NCBI RefSeq assembly: GCF_006345805.1
Contig: NW_021833665.1
Coordinates: 1 to 64,000 of the forward strand
Source: Octopus sinensis
Taxonomy: Eukaryota
Direction of reading: 5' to 3'
DNA length: 64,000 bases
Below are positions 14,301-29,300 of this stretch, one piece after another. The translations under genes were made by a program, and so were the position numbers. The stretch's first letter is position 1; each line of letters starts with the position of its first letter. The notes below the pieces were generated by a model. The model searched no databases. It was given only the letters and a program-made list of their open reading frames with translations, and was not told where the DNA came from.

Positions 14301-17300
14301 TTAAATGACTTTCAATGACATGACGTTATATGACATTAAATGACTTGACGTTAAATGACATGACGGTATATGGTGTTAAATGACATGACGTTAAATGATA
14401 TGACGTTAAATGACACGACGTTAAATGACACGACGTTAAATGACATGACGTTAAATGATGTTAAATGACATAATGTTAAATGACGGTCGATGTCAAGGTG
14501 TTAAATGAGTTAAAATGACGTTAAATGACGTTATATGACGTTAAATGTCATGACATTAAATGACGTTAAATGACATTAAATAACGGTAAATAATATGACG
14601 TTAAATGATATTAAATGGCATGACGTTATATGACATGACCTTAAATGATGTTAAATGATATGACGTTGAATGACATGACGTGAAATGAAGTTAAATGACA
14701 TGACGTTAAATGACGTTTAATGAAGTTGAATGACATGATCTTAAGTGACGCTAAATGGCGTCATATAACATGAGGTTAAATGACGTTAAATGAATGAGGT
14801 TAAACGACGTTAACTGACATGAAGTCAAATGACGTTAAATGACATGACGTTGCATGATTTTAAAGGACGTTAAATGACTCGACGTTAAATGGCGTTAAAT
14901 GACATGACGTTAAATGAAATGACGTCAAATGATGTAAAATGACGCTCATTAACATGACGTTAAATCACGTTAAATGATATGACGTTAAATGAAGTTAAAT
15001 GACGGTAATTGACGTGACGTTAAATGACATTTGATGACATGAAGTTAAATGACGTGAAATGACATGACATAAAATGACGTTAATTTAAGTTAAATGACAT
15101 GGCGTTAAATAACGTGAGATGACGTTATATTACATGACATTAAATGATGCTAAATGAAATGACGTTAAATGACGGTAAATGACAAGAGGTTAAATGACGT
15201 TCAATGAAATGTTGTTAAATAACGTTAAATGACATGATGCTAAATGATGTTAAATGAAATGACGTTAAATGATGTGAAATGATATGGCGTTAACTGATGT
15301 TAAATGAGATGACGTTAAATGGCGTGAAATGACATGACGTTAAATGAGGTTAAGTGACATAACGTTAAATGATGTTCAATAACGTGAAAGGTCATGATGT
15401 TAAATCACGTTAAATGACGTTAAATGACATGACGATAAATGATGTTTAATGACGTTAAATGATATTACATGAAATGACATTAAATGACGCTAAATGACGT
15501 AAAATGACTTGTCCTTAAATGACGTTAAATGATGGTTACTGACATGACGTTAAATGACATGACGTTAAATAAAGTTAAATCACGCTAACTGACATGACGT
15601 CAAATGACGTTTAATGACCTGACGTGAAATGACGTTAAATGACATGTTAAATGACGTCAAATGACCTGACGTTAAATGACGGTAAATGACGTGACGTTAA
15701 AAAATACGTTAAATGACTTGACGTTAAATGGCATGACATTCAATTACTTTAAATGACCTTAAATGGCGTTATTTGATATGACGTGAAATGACATTACGTT
15801 AAATGATATTACGTAAAATGACATGATGTTAAATAACGTTAAATGACTGTAAATGACATGACGTTAAATGACGGTAAATGACATGACGTTAAATAACATG
15901 ACATTAAATGACATCACGATAAATAACGTTAAATGTCATTCACTGATATGACGTTAAATACCGTTAAATGACCTGACATGAGATGTCGTTAAATTACATG
16001 AGGTTAAATGACGTTAAATGACGTGAAATGTCATGACGTTTAAGATATGACGTTAAATAACATTAAATCAAATGACATTAAATTATATGAAGTTAAATAA
16101 CGTAAAATGACATTAATGAAATGACATTAAATGAAATGACGGTAAAACGTGACGTTAAATGACATGACGATAAATAACGTGAAATGATGTTATATGACGT
16201 TAAATGACGTTTCATGACATGACGTTAAATGACGGTAAATGACATGACGTTAAATAACATGACATTAAATGATATCACGATAAATAACGTTAAATGTCAT
16301 TCACTGATATGACGTTAAATACCGTTAAATGACCTGACATGAGATGTCGTTAAATTACATGAGGTTAAATGACGTTAAATGACGTGAAATGTCATGACGT
16401 TTAAGATATGACGTTAAATAACATTAAATCAAATGACATTAAATTATATGAAGTTAAATAACGTAAAATGACATTAATGAAATGACATTAAATGAAATGA
16501 CGGTAAAACGTGACGTTAAATGACATGACGATAAATAACGTGAAATGATGTTATATGACGTTAAATGACGTTTCATGACATGACGTTAAATGACGGTAAA
16601 TGACATGACGTTAAATAACATGACATTAAATGACATCACGATAAATAACGTTAAATGTCATTCACTGATATGACGTTAAATACCGTTAAATGACCTGACA
16701 TGAGATGTCGTTAAATTACATGAGGTTAAATGACGTGAAATGTCATGACGTTCAATGACGTTAAATGACGTTTATGATATGACGTTAAATAACATTAAAT
16801 CAAATGACATTAAATTATATGAAGTTAAATAACGTAAAATGACATTAATGAAATGACATTAAATGAAATGACGGTAAAACGTGACGTTAAATGACATGAC
16901 GATAAATAACGTGAAATGATGTTATATGACGTTAAATGACGTTTCATGACATGACGTTAAATGATGCTAAATGACATGACGTTAAATAAAATGGCGTTGT
17001 GTGACGTTAAGTGAAATGATGTTAAATGACTGTGACTGACATGGCTTGAAATGACGTTAAATGATGTTAAATGAAATGACATTAAATGACGTTAGATGAT
17101 TGAAATGACATAGCGTTAAATGACGTTAAATGACATGACTTTAAATGACGTTAATTGACATGATGTTAAATGACGCTAAATGACATGATGTTAAATGATG
17201 TTAAATGACGTTATATGATATGACGTTAAATGTCGTTAAATGCCATGACGTTAAATGAAATTAAATAACGGTAAATGATGTTAAATAACATGACGTTAAA

Positions 17301-20300
17301 TTATGCTAAATGACATCTTAAATGACTTTAAATGATGTTAAATGGCATGAAATGACATGGTGTTAAATGAGATGACAAATGACATGGCATTAAATGACTG
17401 TAAATTACACGACGTTGAATAACGTTAAATCACGTTAACTGACATGACGTTAAATGACGTTAAATGACTTTAAATGACATAACTTTAGATGACATTAAAT
17501 GATGTTAGATGACACGACGGTAAATGACGTTAAATGACTTTCAATGACATGACGTTAAATGATGTTAAATGACTTGACGTTAAATGACATGACGGTATAT
17601 GGTGTTAAATGACATGACGTTAAATGATATGACGTTAAATGACACGACGTTAAATGACACGACGTTAAATGACATGACGTTAAATGATGTTAAATGACAT
17701 GGCGTTAAATGACATAATGTTAAATGAAGGTCGATGTCAAGGTGTTAAATGAGTTAAAATGACGTTATGACATAACGTTAAATGACGTTATATGACGTTA
17801 AATGTCATGACATTAAATGACGTTAAATGACATTAAATAACGATAAATAATATGACGTTAAATGATATTAAATGGCATGACGTTAAATGACATTAAATGA
17901 CGTTATATGACATGACGTTAAATGATGTTAAATGAAAAGACGTTAAATGAAGTTATATGATATGACCTTAAATAATGTTAAATGATATGACGTTAAATGA
18001 CGTTGAATGACATGACGTGAAATGAAGTTAAATGACATGACGTTTAATGAAGTTGAATGACATGGCGTCATATAACATGAGGTTAAATGACGTTAAATGA
18101 ATGAGGCTAAACGACGTTAACTGACGTGAAGTCAAATGACGTTAAATGACATGACGTTACATGATTTTAAAGGACGTTAAATGACTTGACGTTAAATGGC
18201 GTTAAATGACATGACGTTAAATGAAATGATGTCAAATGATGTAAAATGACACTCATTAACATGACGTTAAATCATGTTAAATGATATGATGTTAAATGAA
18301 GTTAAATGACGGTAATTGACGTGACATTAAATGACATTTGATGACATGCCGTTAAATGACGTTAAATTATGTTAATTGACATGGCGTTAAATAACGTGAG
18401 ATGACGTTATATTACATGACGTTAAATGATGCTAAATGACAAGACGTTAAATGACGTTCAATGAAATGTTGTTAAATGGCGTTAAATGACATGATGTTAA
18501 ATGAAATGACGTTAAATGATGTGAAATGATATGGCGTTAACTGATGTTAAATGAGATGATGTTAAATGGCGTTAAATGGCATGATGTTAAATGACGTTAA
18601 GTGACATAACATTAAATGATGTTCAATAACGTGAAAGGTCATGACGTTAAATCCCGTTAAATGACATGACGTTTAATGACGTTAAATGATATTACATGAA
18701 ATGACATTAAATGACGTGAAATGACATGACGTTAAATGACGTAAAATGACATGACATTATGTTAAAAGATGTTAAATGAAATGATGTGAAATGACATGGC
18801 GTTAACTGATGTTACATGACATGACGTTAAATGACGTGAGATGACATGACGTAAAATGACATGACCTTAAATGACGGTAAATGAAATGACGTTAAACGTT
18901 AAATGACATGACGTTAAATGACGTGAAATGATATGACGTTTAATAGAGGTAAATGATATGACGTTAAATGACATAACGTTTTAATGACATGACGTTGAAT
19001 GATATTAACTGACTTGATGTTTAATGACGTTAAATGATATGACGTTAAATGCTGTTTAATGACCTGACGTGAAATAACGTTAAATGACGTTAAATGCCTT
19101 TTAATGACGTTAAATGACATGACGGTATATGGCGTTAAATGACATGACGTTAAATGATATGACGTTAAATGATGTTAAATGACACGACGTTGAATGACGT
19201 TAAATGATGTTAAATGACGTTAAATGACAATGTTAAATGACGGTCGATGTCATGACGTTAAATGAGTTAAAATGACGTTAAATGATATAACGTTAATTGA
19301 CGTTATATGATGTTAAATGAAAAGACGTTAAATGATGTTAAATGAAGCTATATGATATGACCTTAAATGATGTTAAATGATATGACGTTAAATGACGTTG
19401 AATGACATGACGTGAAATAAAGTTAAATGTCAAGACGTTAAATGACGTTTAATGAAGTTGAATGACATGATCTTAAGTGACGCTAAATGGCGTCATATAA
19501 CACGAGGTTAAATGACGTTAAATGACATGAGGCGAAACGACGTTATATGACATGAAGTCAAATGACGTTAAATGACATGACGTTACATGATTTTAAAGGA
19601 CGTTAAATGACTTGACATTAAATGGCGTTAAATGACATGACGTTAAGTGAAATGATGTCAAATGATGTAAAATGACGCTCATTAACATGACGTTAAATCA
19701 CGTTAAATGATATGACGTTAAATGAAGTTAAATGACGGTAATTGACGTGACGTTAAATGACATTTGATGACATGACGTTAAATTATGTTAAATGACATGG
19801 CGTTAATTGACGTTAAATGACGGTAAATGACAAGACGTTAAATGACGTTCAATGAAATGTTGTTAAATGACGTTAAATGAAATGACGTTAAATGATGCGA
19901 AATGATATGGCGTTAACTGATGTTAAATGAGATGACGTTAAATGGCATGATGTTAAATGAGGTTAAATGACGTTAAGTGACATAACATTAAATGATGTTC
20001 AATAACGGGAAAGGTCATGACGTTAAATCCCGTTAAATGACGTTAAATGATATTACATGAAATGACATTAAATGACGTGAAATGATATGACGTTAAATGA
20101 CGTAAAATGACATGACGTTAAATGACATTATGTTAAAAGATGTTAAATGAAATGACGTTAAATGACGTGAGATGACATGACGCTAAATGACGTAAAATGA
20201 CATGACCTTAAATGACGGTAAATGAAATGACGTTAAACATTAAATGACATGACGTTAAATGACGTGAAATGATATGACGTTAAATGACATAACGTTTTAA

Positions 20301-23300
20301 TGACATGACGTTGAATGATATTAACTGACTTGACGTTTAATAACGTTAAATGATATGACGTTAAATGCCTTTTAATGACGTTAAATGACATGACGGTATA
20401 TGGCGTTAAATGACATGACGGTATATGGCGTTAAATGACATGACGTTAAATGATATGACGTTAAATGATGTTAAATGACACGACGTTCAATGACGTTAAA
20501 TGATGTTAAATGACGTTAAATGACAATGTTAAATGACGGTCGATGTCATGACGTTAAATGAGTTAAAATGACGTTAAATGACGTTAAATGATATTACATG
20601 AAATGACATTAAATGACGTGAAAAGATATGACGTTAAATAACATGACATTAAATGACATAACGTTAAATGACATTATGTTAAAAGATGTTAAATGAAATG
20701 ACGTTAAATGACGTGAGATGACATGACGCTAAATGACGTAAAATGATATGACCTTAAATGACGGTAAATGAAATGACATTAAACGTTAAATGACATGACG
20801 TTAAATGACGTGAAATGATATGACGTTTAATAAAGTTAAATGATATGACGTTAAATGACATAACGTTAAATGACATGACGTTAAATGCCATTTAACGACG
20901 TTAAATGACATGACGGTATATGGCGTTAAATGACATGACGTTAAATGATGTTAAATGACACGACGTTCAATGACGTTAAATGATGTTAAATGACGTTAAA
21001 TGACAATGTTAAATGACGGTCGATGTCATGACGTTAAATGAGTTAAAATGACGTTAAATGACGTTTAATGACGTTAAATGATATTACATGAAATGACATT
21101 AAATGACGTGAAATGATATGACGTTAAATGACGTAAAATGACATAACGTTAAATGACATTATGTTAAAAGATGTTAAAAGAAATGACGTTAAATGACGTG
21201 AGATGACATGACGCTAAATGACGTAAAATGATATGACCTTAAATGACGGTAAATGAAATGACGTTAAACGTTAAATGACATGACGTTAAATGACGTGAAA
21301 TGATGTGACGTTTAATAAAGTTAAATGATATGACGTTAAATGACATAACGTTAAATGACATGACGTTAAATGCCATTTAATGACGTTAAATGACATGACG
21401 GTATATGGCGTTAAATGACATGACGTTAAATGATATGGCGTTAAATGATGTTAAATGACACGACGTTAAATGACGTTAAATGACATGACGTTAAATGACG
21501 TTAAATGACAATGTTAAATGACGGACGATGTCATGACGTTAAATGAGTTAAAATGACGTTAAATGACATAACGTTAATTGACGTTATATGCCGTTAATGA
21601 CATTAAATGACGTTATATGACATGACGTTAAATCACGTTAAATGATATGACGTTAAATGAAGTTAAATGACGGTAATTGACGTGACGTTAAATGACATGA
21701 CGTTAAATGACGTGAAATGACATGACATAAAATGACGTTAAATTATGTTAAATGACATGGCGCTAAATAACGTGAGATGACGTTTATATTACATGACGTT
21801 ATATGATACTAAATGAAATGACGTTAATTGACGTTAAATGACGGTAAATGACAAGACGTTAAATGACGTTCAATGAAATGTTGTTAAATGACGTTAAATG
21901 AAATGACGTTAAATGATGTGAAATGATATGGCGTTAACTGATGTTAAATGAGATGACGTTAAATGGCGTTAAATGGCATGATGTTAAATGAGGTTAAATG
22001 ACGTTAAGTGACATAACATTAAATGATGTTCAATAACGGGAAAGGTCATGACGTTAAATCCCGTTAAATGACGTTAAATGATATTACATGAAATGACATT
22101 AAATGACGTGAAATGATATGACGTTAAATGACGTAAAATGACATGACGTTAAATGACATTATGTTAAAAGATGTTAAATGAAATGACGTTAAATGACGTG
22201 AGATGACATGACGCTAAATGACGTAAAATGACATGACCTTAAATGACGGTAAATGAAATGACGTTAAACATTAATGACATGACGTTAAATGACGTGAAAT
22301 GATATGACGTTAAATGACATAACGTTTTAATGACATGACGTTGAATGATATTAACTGACTTGACGTTTAATAACGTTAAATGATATGACGTTAAATGCCT
22401 TTTAATGACGTTAAATGACATGACGGTATATGGCGTTAAATGACATGACGGTATATGGCGTTAAATGACATGACGTTAAATGATATGACGTTAAATGATG
22501 TTAAATGACACGACGTTCAATGACGTTAAATGATGTTAAATGACGTTAAATGACAATGTTAAATGACGGTCGATGTCATGACGTTAAATGAGTTAAAATG
22601 ACGTTAAATGACGTTAAATGATATTACATGAAATGACATTAAATGACGTGAAAAGATATGACGTTAAATGACGTAAAATGACATAACGTTAAATGACATT
22701 ATGTTAAAAGATGTTAAATGAAATGACGTTAAATGACGTGAGATGACATGACGCTAAATGACGTAAAATGATATGACCTTAAATGACGGTAAATGAAATG
22801 ACATTAAACGTTAAATGACATGACGTTAAATGACGTGAAATGATATGACGTTTAATAAAGTTAAATGATATGACGTTAAATGACATAACGTTAAATGACA
22901 TGACGTTAAATGTCATTTAATGACGTTAAATGACATGACGGTATATGGCGTTAAATGACATGACGTTAAATGATGTTAAATGACACGACGTTCAATGACG
23001 TTAAATGATGTTAAATGACGTTAAATGACAATGTTAAATGACGGTCGATGTCATGACGTTAAATGAGTTAACATGACGTTAAATGACGTTTAATGACGTT
23101 AAATGATATTACATGAAATGACATTAAATGACGTGAAATGATATGACGTTAAATGACGTAAAATGACATAACGTTAAATGACATTATGTTAAACGATGTT
23201 AAATGAAATGACGTTAAATGACGTGAGATGACATGACGCTAAATGACGTAAAATGATATGACCTTAAATGACGGTAAATGAAATGACGTTAAACGTTAAA

Positions 23301-26300
23301 TGACATGACGTTAAATGACGTGAAATGATGTGACGTTTAATAAAGTTAAATGATATGACATTAAATGACATAACGTTAAATGACATGACGTTAAATGCCA
23401 TTTAATGACGTTAAATGACATGACGGTATATGGCGTTAAATGACATGACGTTAAATGATATGGCGTTAAATGATGTTAAATGACACGACGTTAAATGACA
23501 TGACGTTAAATGACGTTAAATGACAATGTTAAATGACGGACGATGTCATGACGTTAAATGAGTTAAAATGACGTTAAATGACATAACGTTAATTGACGTT
23601 ATATGCCGTTAATGACATTAAATGACGTTATATGACATGACGTTAAATCACGTTAAATGATATGACGTTAAATGAAGTTAAATGACGGTAATTGACGTGA
23701 CGTTAAATGACATGACGTTAAATGACGTGAAATGACATGACATAAAATGACGTTAAATTATGTTAAATGACATGGCGCTAAATAACGTGAGATGACGTTT
23801 ATATTACATGACGTTATATGATACTAAATGAAATGACGTTAATTGACGTTAAATGACGGTAAATGACAAGACGTTAAATGACGTTCAATGAAATGTTGTT
23901 AAATGACGTTAAATGAAATGACGTTAAATGATGTGAAATGATATGGCGTTAACTGATGTTAAATGAGATGACGTTAAATGGCGTTAAATGGCATGATGTT
24001 AAATGAGGTTAAATGACGTTAAGTGACATAACATTAAATGATGTTCAATAACGGGAAAGGTCATGACGTTAAATCCCGTTAAATGACGTTAAATGATATT
24101 ACATGAAATGACATTAAATGACGTGAAATGATATGACGTTAAATGACGTAAAATGACATGACGTTAAATGACATTATGTTAAAAGATGTTAAATGAAATG
24201 ACGTTAAATGACGTGAGATGACATGACGCTAAATGACGTAAAATGACATGACCTTAAATGACGGTAAATGAAATGACGTTAAACATTAAATGACATGACG
24301 TTAAATGACGTGAAATGATATGACGTTAATGACATAACGTTTTAATGACATGACGTTGAATGATATTAACTGACTTGACGTTTAATAACGTTAAATGATA
24401 TGACGTTAAATGCCTTTTAATGACGTTAAATGACATGACGGTATATGGCGTTAAATGACATGACGGTATATGGCGTTAAATGACATGACGTTAAATGATA
24501 TGACGTTAAATGATGTTAAATGACACGACGTTCAATGACGTTAAATGATGTTAAATGACGTTAAATGACAATGTTAAATGACGGTCGATGTCATGACGTT
24601 AAATGAGTTAAAATGACGTTAAATGACGTTAAATGATATTACATGAAATGACATTAAATGACGTGAAAAGATATGACGTTAAATGACGTAAAATGACATA
24701 ACGTTAAATGACATTATGTTAAAAGATGTTAAATGAAATGACGTTAAATGACGTGAGATGACATGACGCTAAATGACGTAAAATGATATGACCTTAAATG
24801 ACGGTAAATGAAATGACATTAAACGTTAAATGACATGACGTTAAATGACGTGAAATGATATGACGTTTAATAAAGTTAAATGATATGACGTTAAATGACA
24901 TAACGTTAAATGACATGACGTTAAATGTCATTTAATGACGTTAAATGACATGACGGTATATGGCGTTAAATGACATGACGTTAAATGATGTTAAATGACA
25001 CGACGTTCAATGACGTTAAATGATGTTAAATGACGTTAAATGACAATGTTAAATGACGGTCGATGTCATGACGTTAAATGACGTTTAATGACGTTAAATG
25101 ATATTACATGAAATGACATTAAATGACGTGAAATGATATGACGTTAAATGACGTAAAATGACATAACGTTAAATGACATTATGTTAAAAGATGTTAAATG
25201 AAATGACGTTAAATGACGTGAGATGACATGACGCTAAATGACGTAAAATGATATGACCTTAACTGACGGTAAATGAAATGACGTTAAACGTTAAATGACA
25301 TGACGTTAAATGACGTGAAATGATGTGACGTTTAATAAAGTTAAATGATATGACGTTAAATGACATAACGTTAAATGACATGACGTTAAATGCCATTTAA
25401 TGACGTTAAATGACATGACGGTATATGGCGTTAAATGACATGACGTTAAATGATATGGCGTTAAATGATGTTAAATGACACGACGTTAAATGACATGACG
25501 TTAAATGACGTTAAATGACAATGTTAAATGACGGACGATGTCATGACGTTAAATGAGTTAAAATGACGTTAAATGACATAACGTTAATTGACGTTATATG
25601 CCGTTAATGACATTAAATGACATGACGTTAAATCACGTTAAATGATATGACGTTAAATGAAGTTAAATGACGGTAATTGACGTGACGTTAAATGACATGA
25701 CGTGAAATGACATGACATAAAATGACGTTAAATTATGTTAAATGACATGGCGCTAAATAACGTGAGATGACGTTATATTACATGACGTTAAATGATACTA
25801 AATGAAATGACGTTAATTGACGTAAAATGACGGTAAATGACAAGAGGTTAAATGACGTTCAATGAAATGTTGTTAAATGACGTTAAATGACATGATGCTA
25901 AATGATGTTAAATGAAATGACGTTAAATGATGTGAAATGATATGGCGTTAACTGATGTTAAATGAGATGACGTTAAATGGCGTGAAATGACATGACGTTA
26001 AATAAGGTTAAATGACGTTAAGTGACATAACGTTAAATGATGTTTAATAACGTGAAAGGTCATGACGTTAAATCACGTTAAATGAGGTTAAATGACATGA
26101 CGATAAATGACGTTTAATGACGTTAAATGATATTACATGAAATGACATTAAATGACGCAAAATGACATGTCCTTAAATGACGTTAAATGAGGGTTACTGA
26201 CATGACGTGAAATGACGTTAAATGACATGACGTTAAATAAAGTTAAATCACGCTAACTGACATGACGTCAAATGACGTTTAATGACCTGATGTGAAATGA

Positions 26301-29300
26301 CGTTAAATGACATGTTGTTAAATGACGTCAAATGACCTGACGTTGAATGACGGTAAATGACGTGACGTTAAAAATACGTTAAATGACATGACGTTAAATG
26401 ACGTTAAATGACATGACATTCAATTACTTTAAATGACCTTAAATGGCGTTATTTGATATGACGTTAAATGATATGACGTGAAATGACTACATTAAATGAC
26501 GTTAAATGATATGACGTAAAATTACATGATGTTAAATAACGTTAAATGACGGTAAATGACATGACGTTAAATAACATGACATTAAATGACATGACGATAA
26601 ATAACGTTATATGCCATTCACTGATATGACGTTAAATACCGTTAAATGACCTGACATGAGTTGTTAAATGACGTTAAATGACGTGAAATGTCATGACGTT
26701 CAATGACGTTTTTTGATATGACGTTAAATAACATTAAATCAAATGACATTAAATTATATGAAGTTAAATAACGTAAAATGACATTAAATGAAATGACGTT
26801 AAATGACGGTAAAACGTGACGTTAAATCACATGACGATAAATAACGTGAAATGATGTTATATGACATGACGTTTCATGACATGACGTTAAATGATGCTAA
26901 ATGAAATGACGTTAAGTAAAATGGCGTTGTGTGACGTTAAATGAAATGACGTGAAATGATGTTAAATGACTGTGACTGACATGGCTTCAAATGACGTTAA
27001 ATGACATGACGTTAAATGATGTTAATTGAAATGACATTAAATGACGTTAGATAATGTGAAATGACATGGCGTTAAATGACGTTAAATGACATGATGTTAA
27101 ATGACGCTAAATGACATGATGTTAAATGAAGTTATATGATATGACGTTAAATGTCGTTAAATGCCATGACGTTAAATGAAATTAAATAACGGTAAATGAC
27201 GTTAAATTATGCTAAATGACATGTTAAATTACTTTAAATGATGTTAAATGGCATTTCCTTAAACGACGTTAAATGACATGAAATGACATGGTGTTAAATG
27301 ACGTTAAATGAGATGACGTTAAATGACATGGCATTAAATGACTCTAAATTACACGACGTTGAATAACGTTAAATCACGTTAACTGACATGACGTTAAATG
27401 ACATAACTTTAAATGACGTAAATGATGTTGAAAGACATGGCGTTAAATGAAGATAAGTGACATGACGTTAAATGACGTTAAAAAACATGGCGTTAAATGA
27501 CATGACGTGAAATGACGTTAAATGGTGGTAAATGGCATGACGTTAAATGACACGACGGTAAATGACGTTAAATGACTTTCAATGACATGACGTTAAATGA
27601 TGTTAAATGACATGACGTTATATGACATTAAATGACATGACGTTAAATGACATGAAGTTAAATGACTTTAAATGACATGATGTTCAATGACCTTAAATGA
27701 TATGACGTGAAATGACATGCCGTTAAATAACGTTAAATGACGTTAAATGACATGACGTTAAATGACATGACATTAAATGATGTTAAATGATGTTAAATGA
27801 CATGACGTCAAATGACGTTATATTACATGACATTAAATGACGTTATATGACATGACGTCAAATGACGTTATATTACATGACATTAAATGACGGTAAATGA
27901 TATGACGTTAAATGACGTTAAAAGACATGACGTTAAATGACATTAAATGACATGACGTTTAAATTACTGTAAATGACATGACGTTAAATGACGTTAAATG
28001 ATATGACGCTAAATCACGGTAACTGAAGTGACGTTAAATGACATTAAATGACATGATGTTAAGTGACGTTAAATGACGTTAAATAAAATGACGTTAAATG
28101 TAATGATGTGAAAAGATGTTAAATGACGATGTTAAATGACGTTTAATGGTGGGCGGTTAAATGACGTGTCGTTAAATGACATGACTTTAAATGACATTAA
28201 ATGACGTGAAATGACATGATGTGAAATTACGTTAAATTATGGTAAATGACATGAAGCTAAATGTCGTTAAATGACATTATGTTAAATGATGTGAAATGAC
28301 ATGACGTTAAATGACATTAAATGACGTTAAATGGCGTTAAATGACATGACGTTAAATGACTTTAAATGACATGATGTTAAATGATGTTAAATGTCATGAC
28401 GTGAAAAGATGTTAAATGACGTTAAATGAGATGTGGTTAAATGACGTTAAATGACTTTAAATGACATGACGTTAAATGACTTTAAATGACATGATGTTAA
28501 ATGACGTTTAATGACGTGAGTTTAAATGACGGTAAATGACGTGACGTTAAATGACTTTAAATGACAAGACGTTAAATGACGTGAAATGACGTTAAATGAT
28601 GTTAAATGAATTGACGTGAAATGAAGTTATATGACATGACGTTAAATGACATGATATTAAATGACGTTTAATGACATGACGTCAAATGAGGTTAATTGAT
28701 ATGACGTTAAATGAAGGTAAATGACATTACGTTAAATGACGTTAAATGACGACGTTTAATAATTCTAACTGACATGGCGTTAAATGACATTAATTAATGT
28801 TAATTGACATGACATTAAATGACTGACTTTAAATGACGTTAAGTGACATGACGTTAAATGACGTTAAATGACATCACGTTAAATGATGTAAAATGACATG
28901 ATTTGAAATGACGTTAAATGATGTTAAAAACGTTATATTACGTTAACTGACATGACGTTATATGACGTTAAATGATGTTAAATGCCATTATATAACATGA
29001 CGTTAAATGACAAGACGTTAAATAACATGCCGTTAAATGACGTTAAATGATGTTAAATGTCATGTCATTATATGACGTTAAATGACATGACGGTAAATGA
29101 TGTTAAATGACATGACGTAAAATGACGTTAAATGATGTTATAAGAAATGGTGTTAAATGACGTTAAATGACGTTAAATGACAGGACGTTAAATGAAATTA
29201 AATGACGTTAAATAACATGGCGTTAAATTACGTCAAATCACATGACCTGAAAAGATGTTAAATGACATGGCTTTAAATGACGTTAAATGACATGTCTTTA

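Noticed and set aside
6395-22421. Minus-strand ORFs within the satellite (6395-6604, 18914-19120, 22239-22421)
   Set aside because: Chance stop-free runs of the monomer's reverse complement; the peptides simply mirror the repeat.
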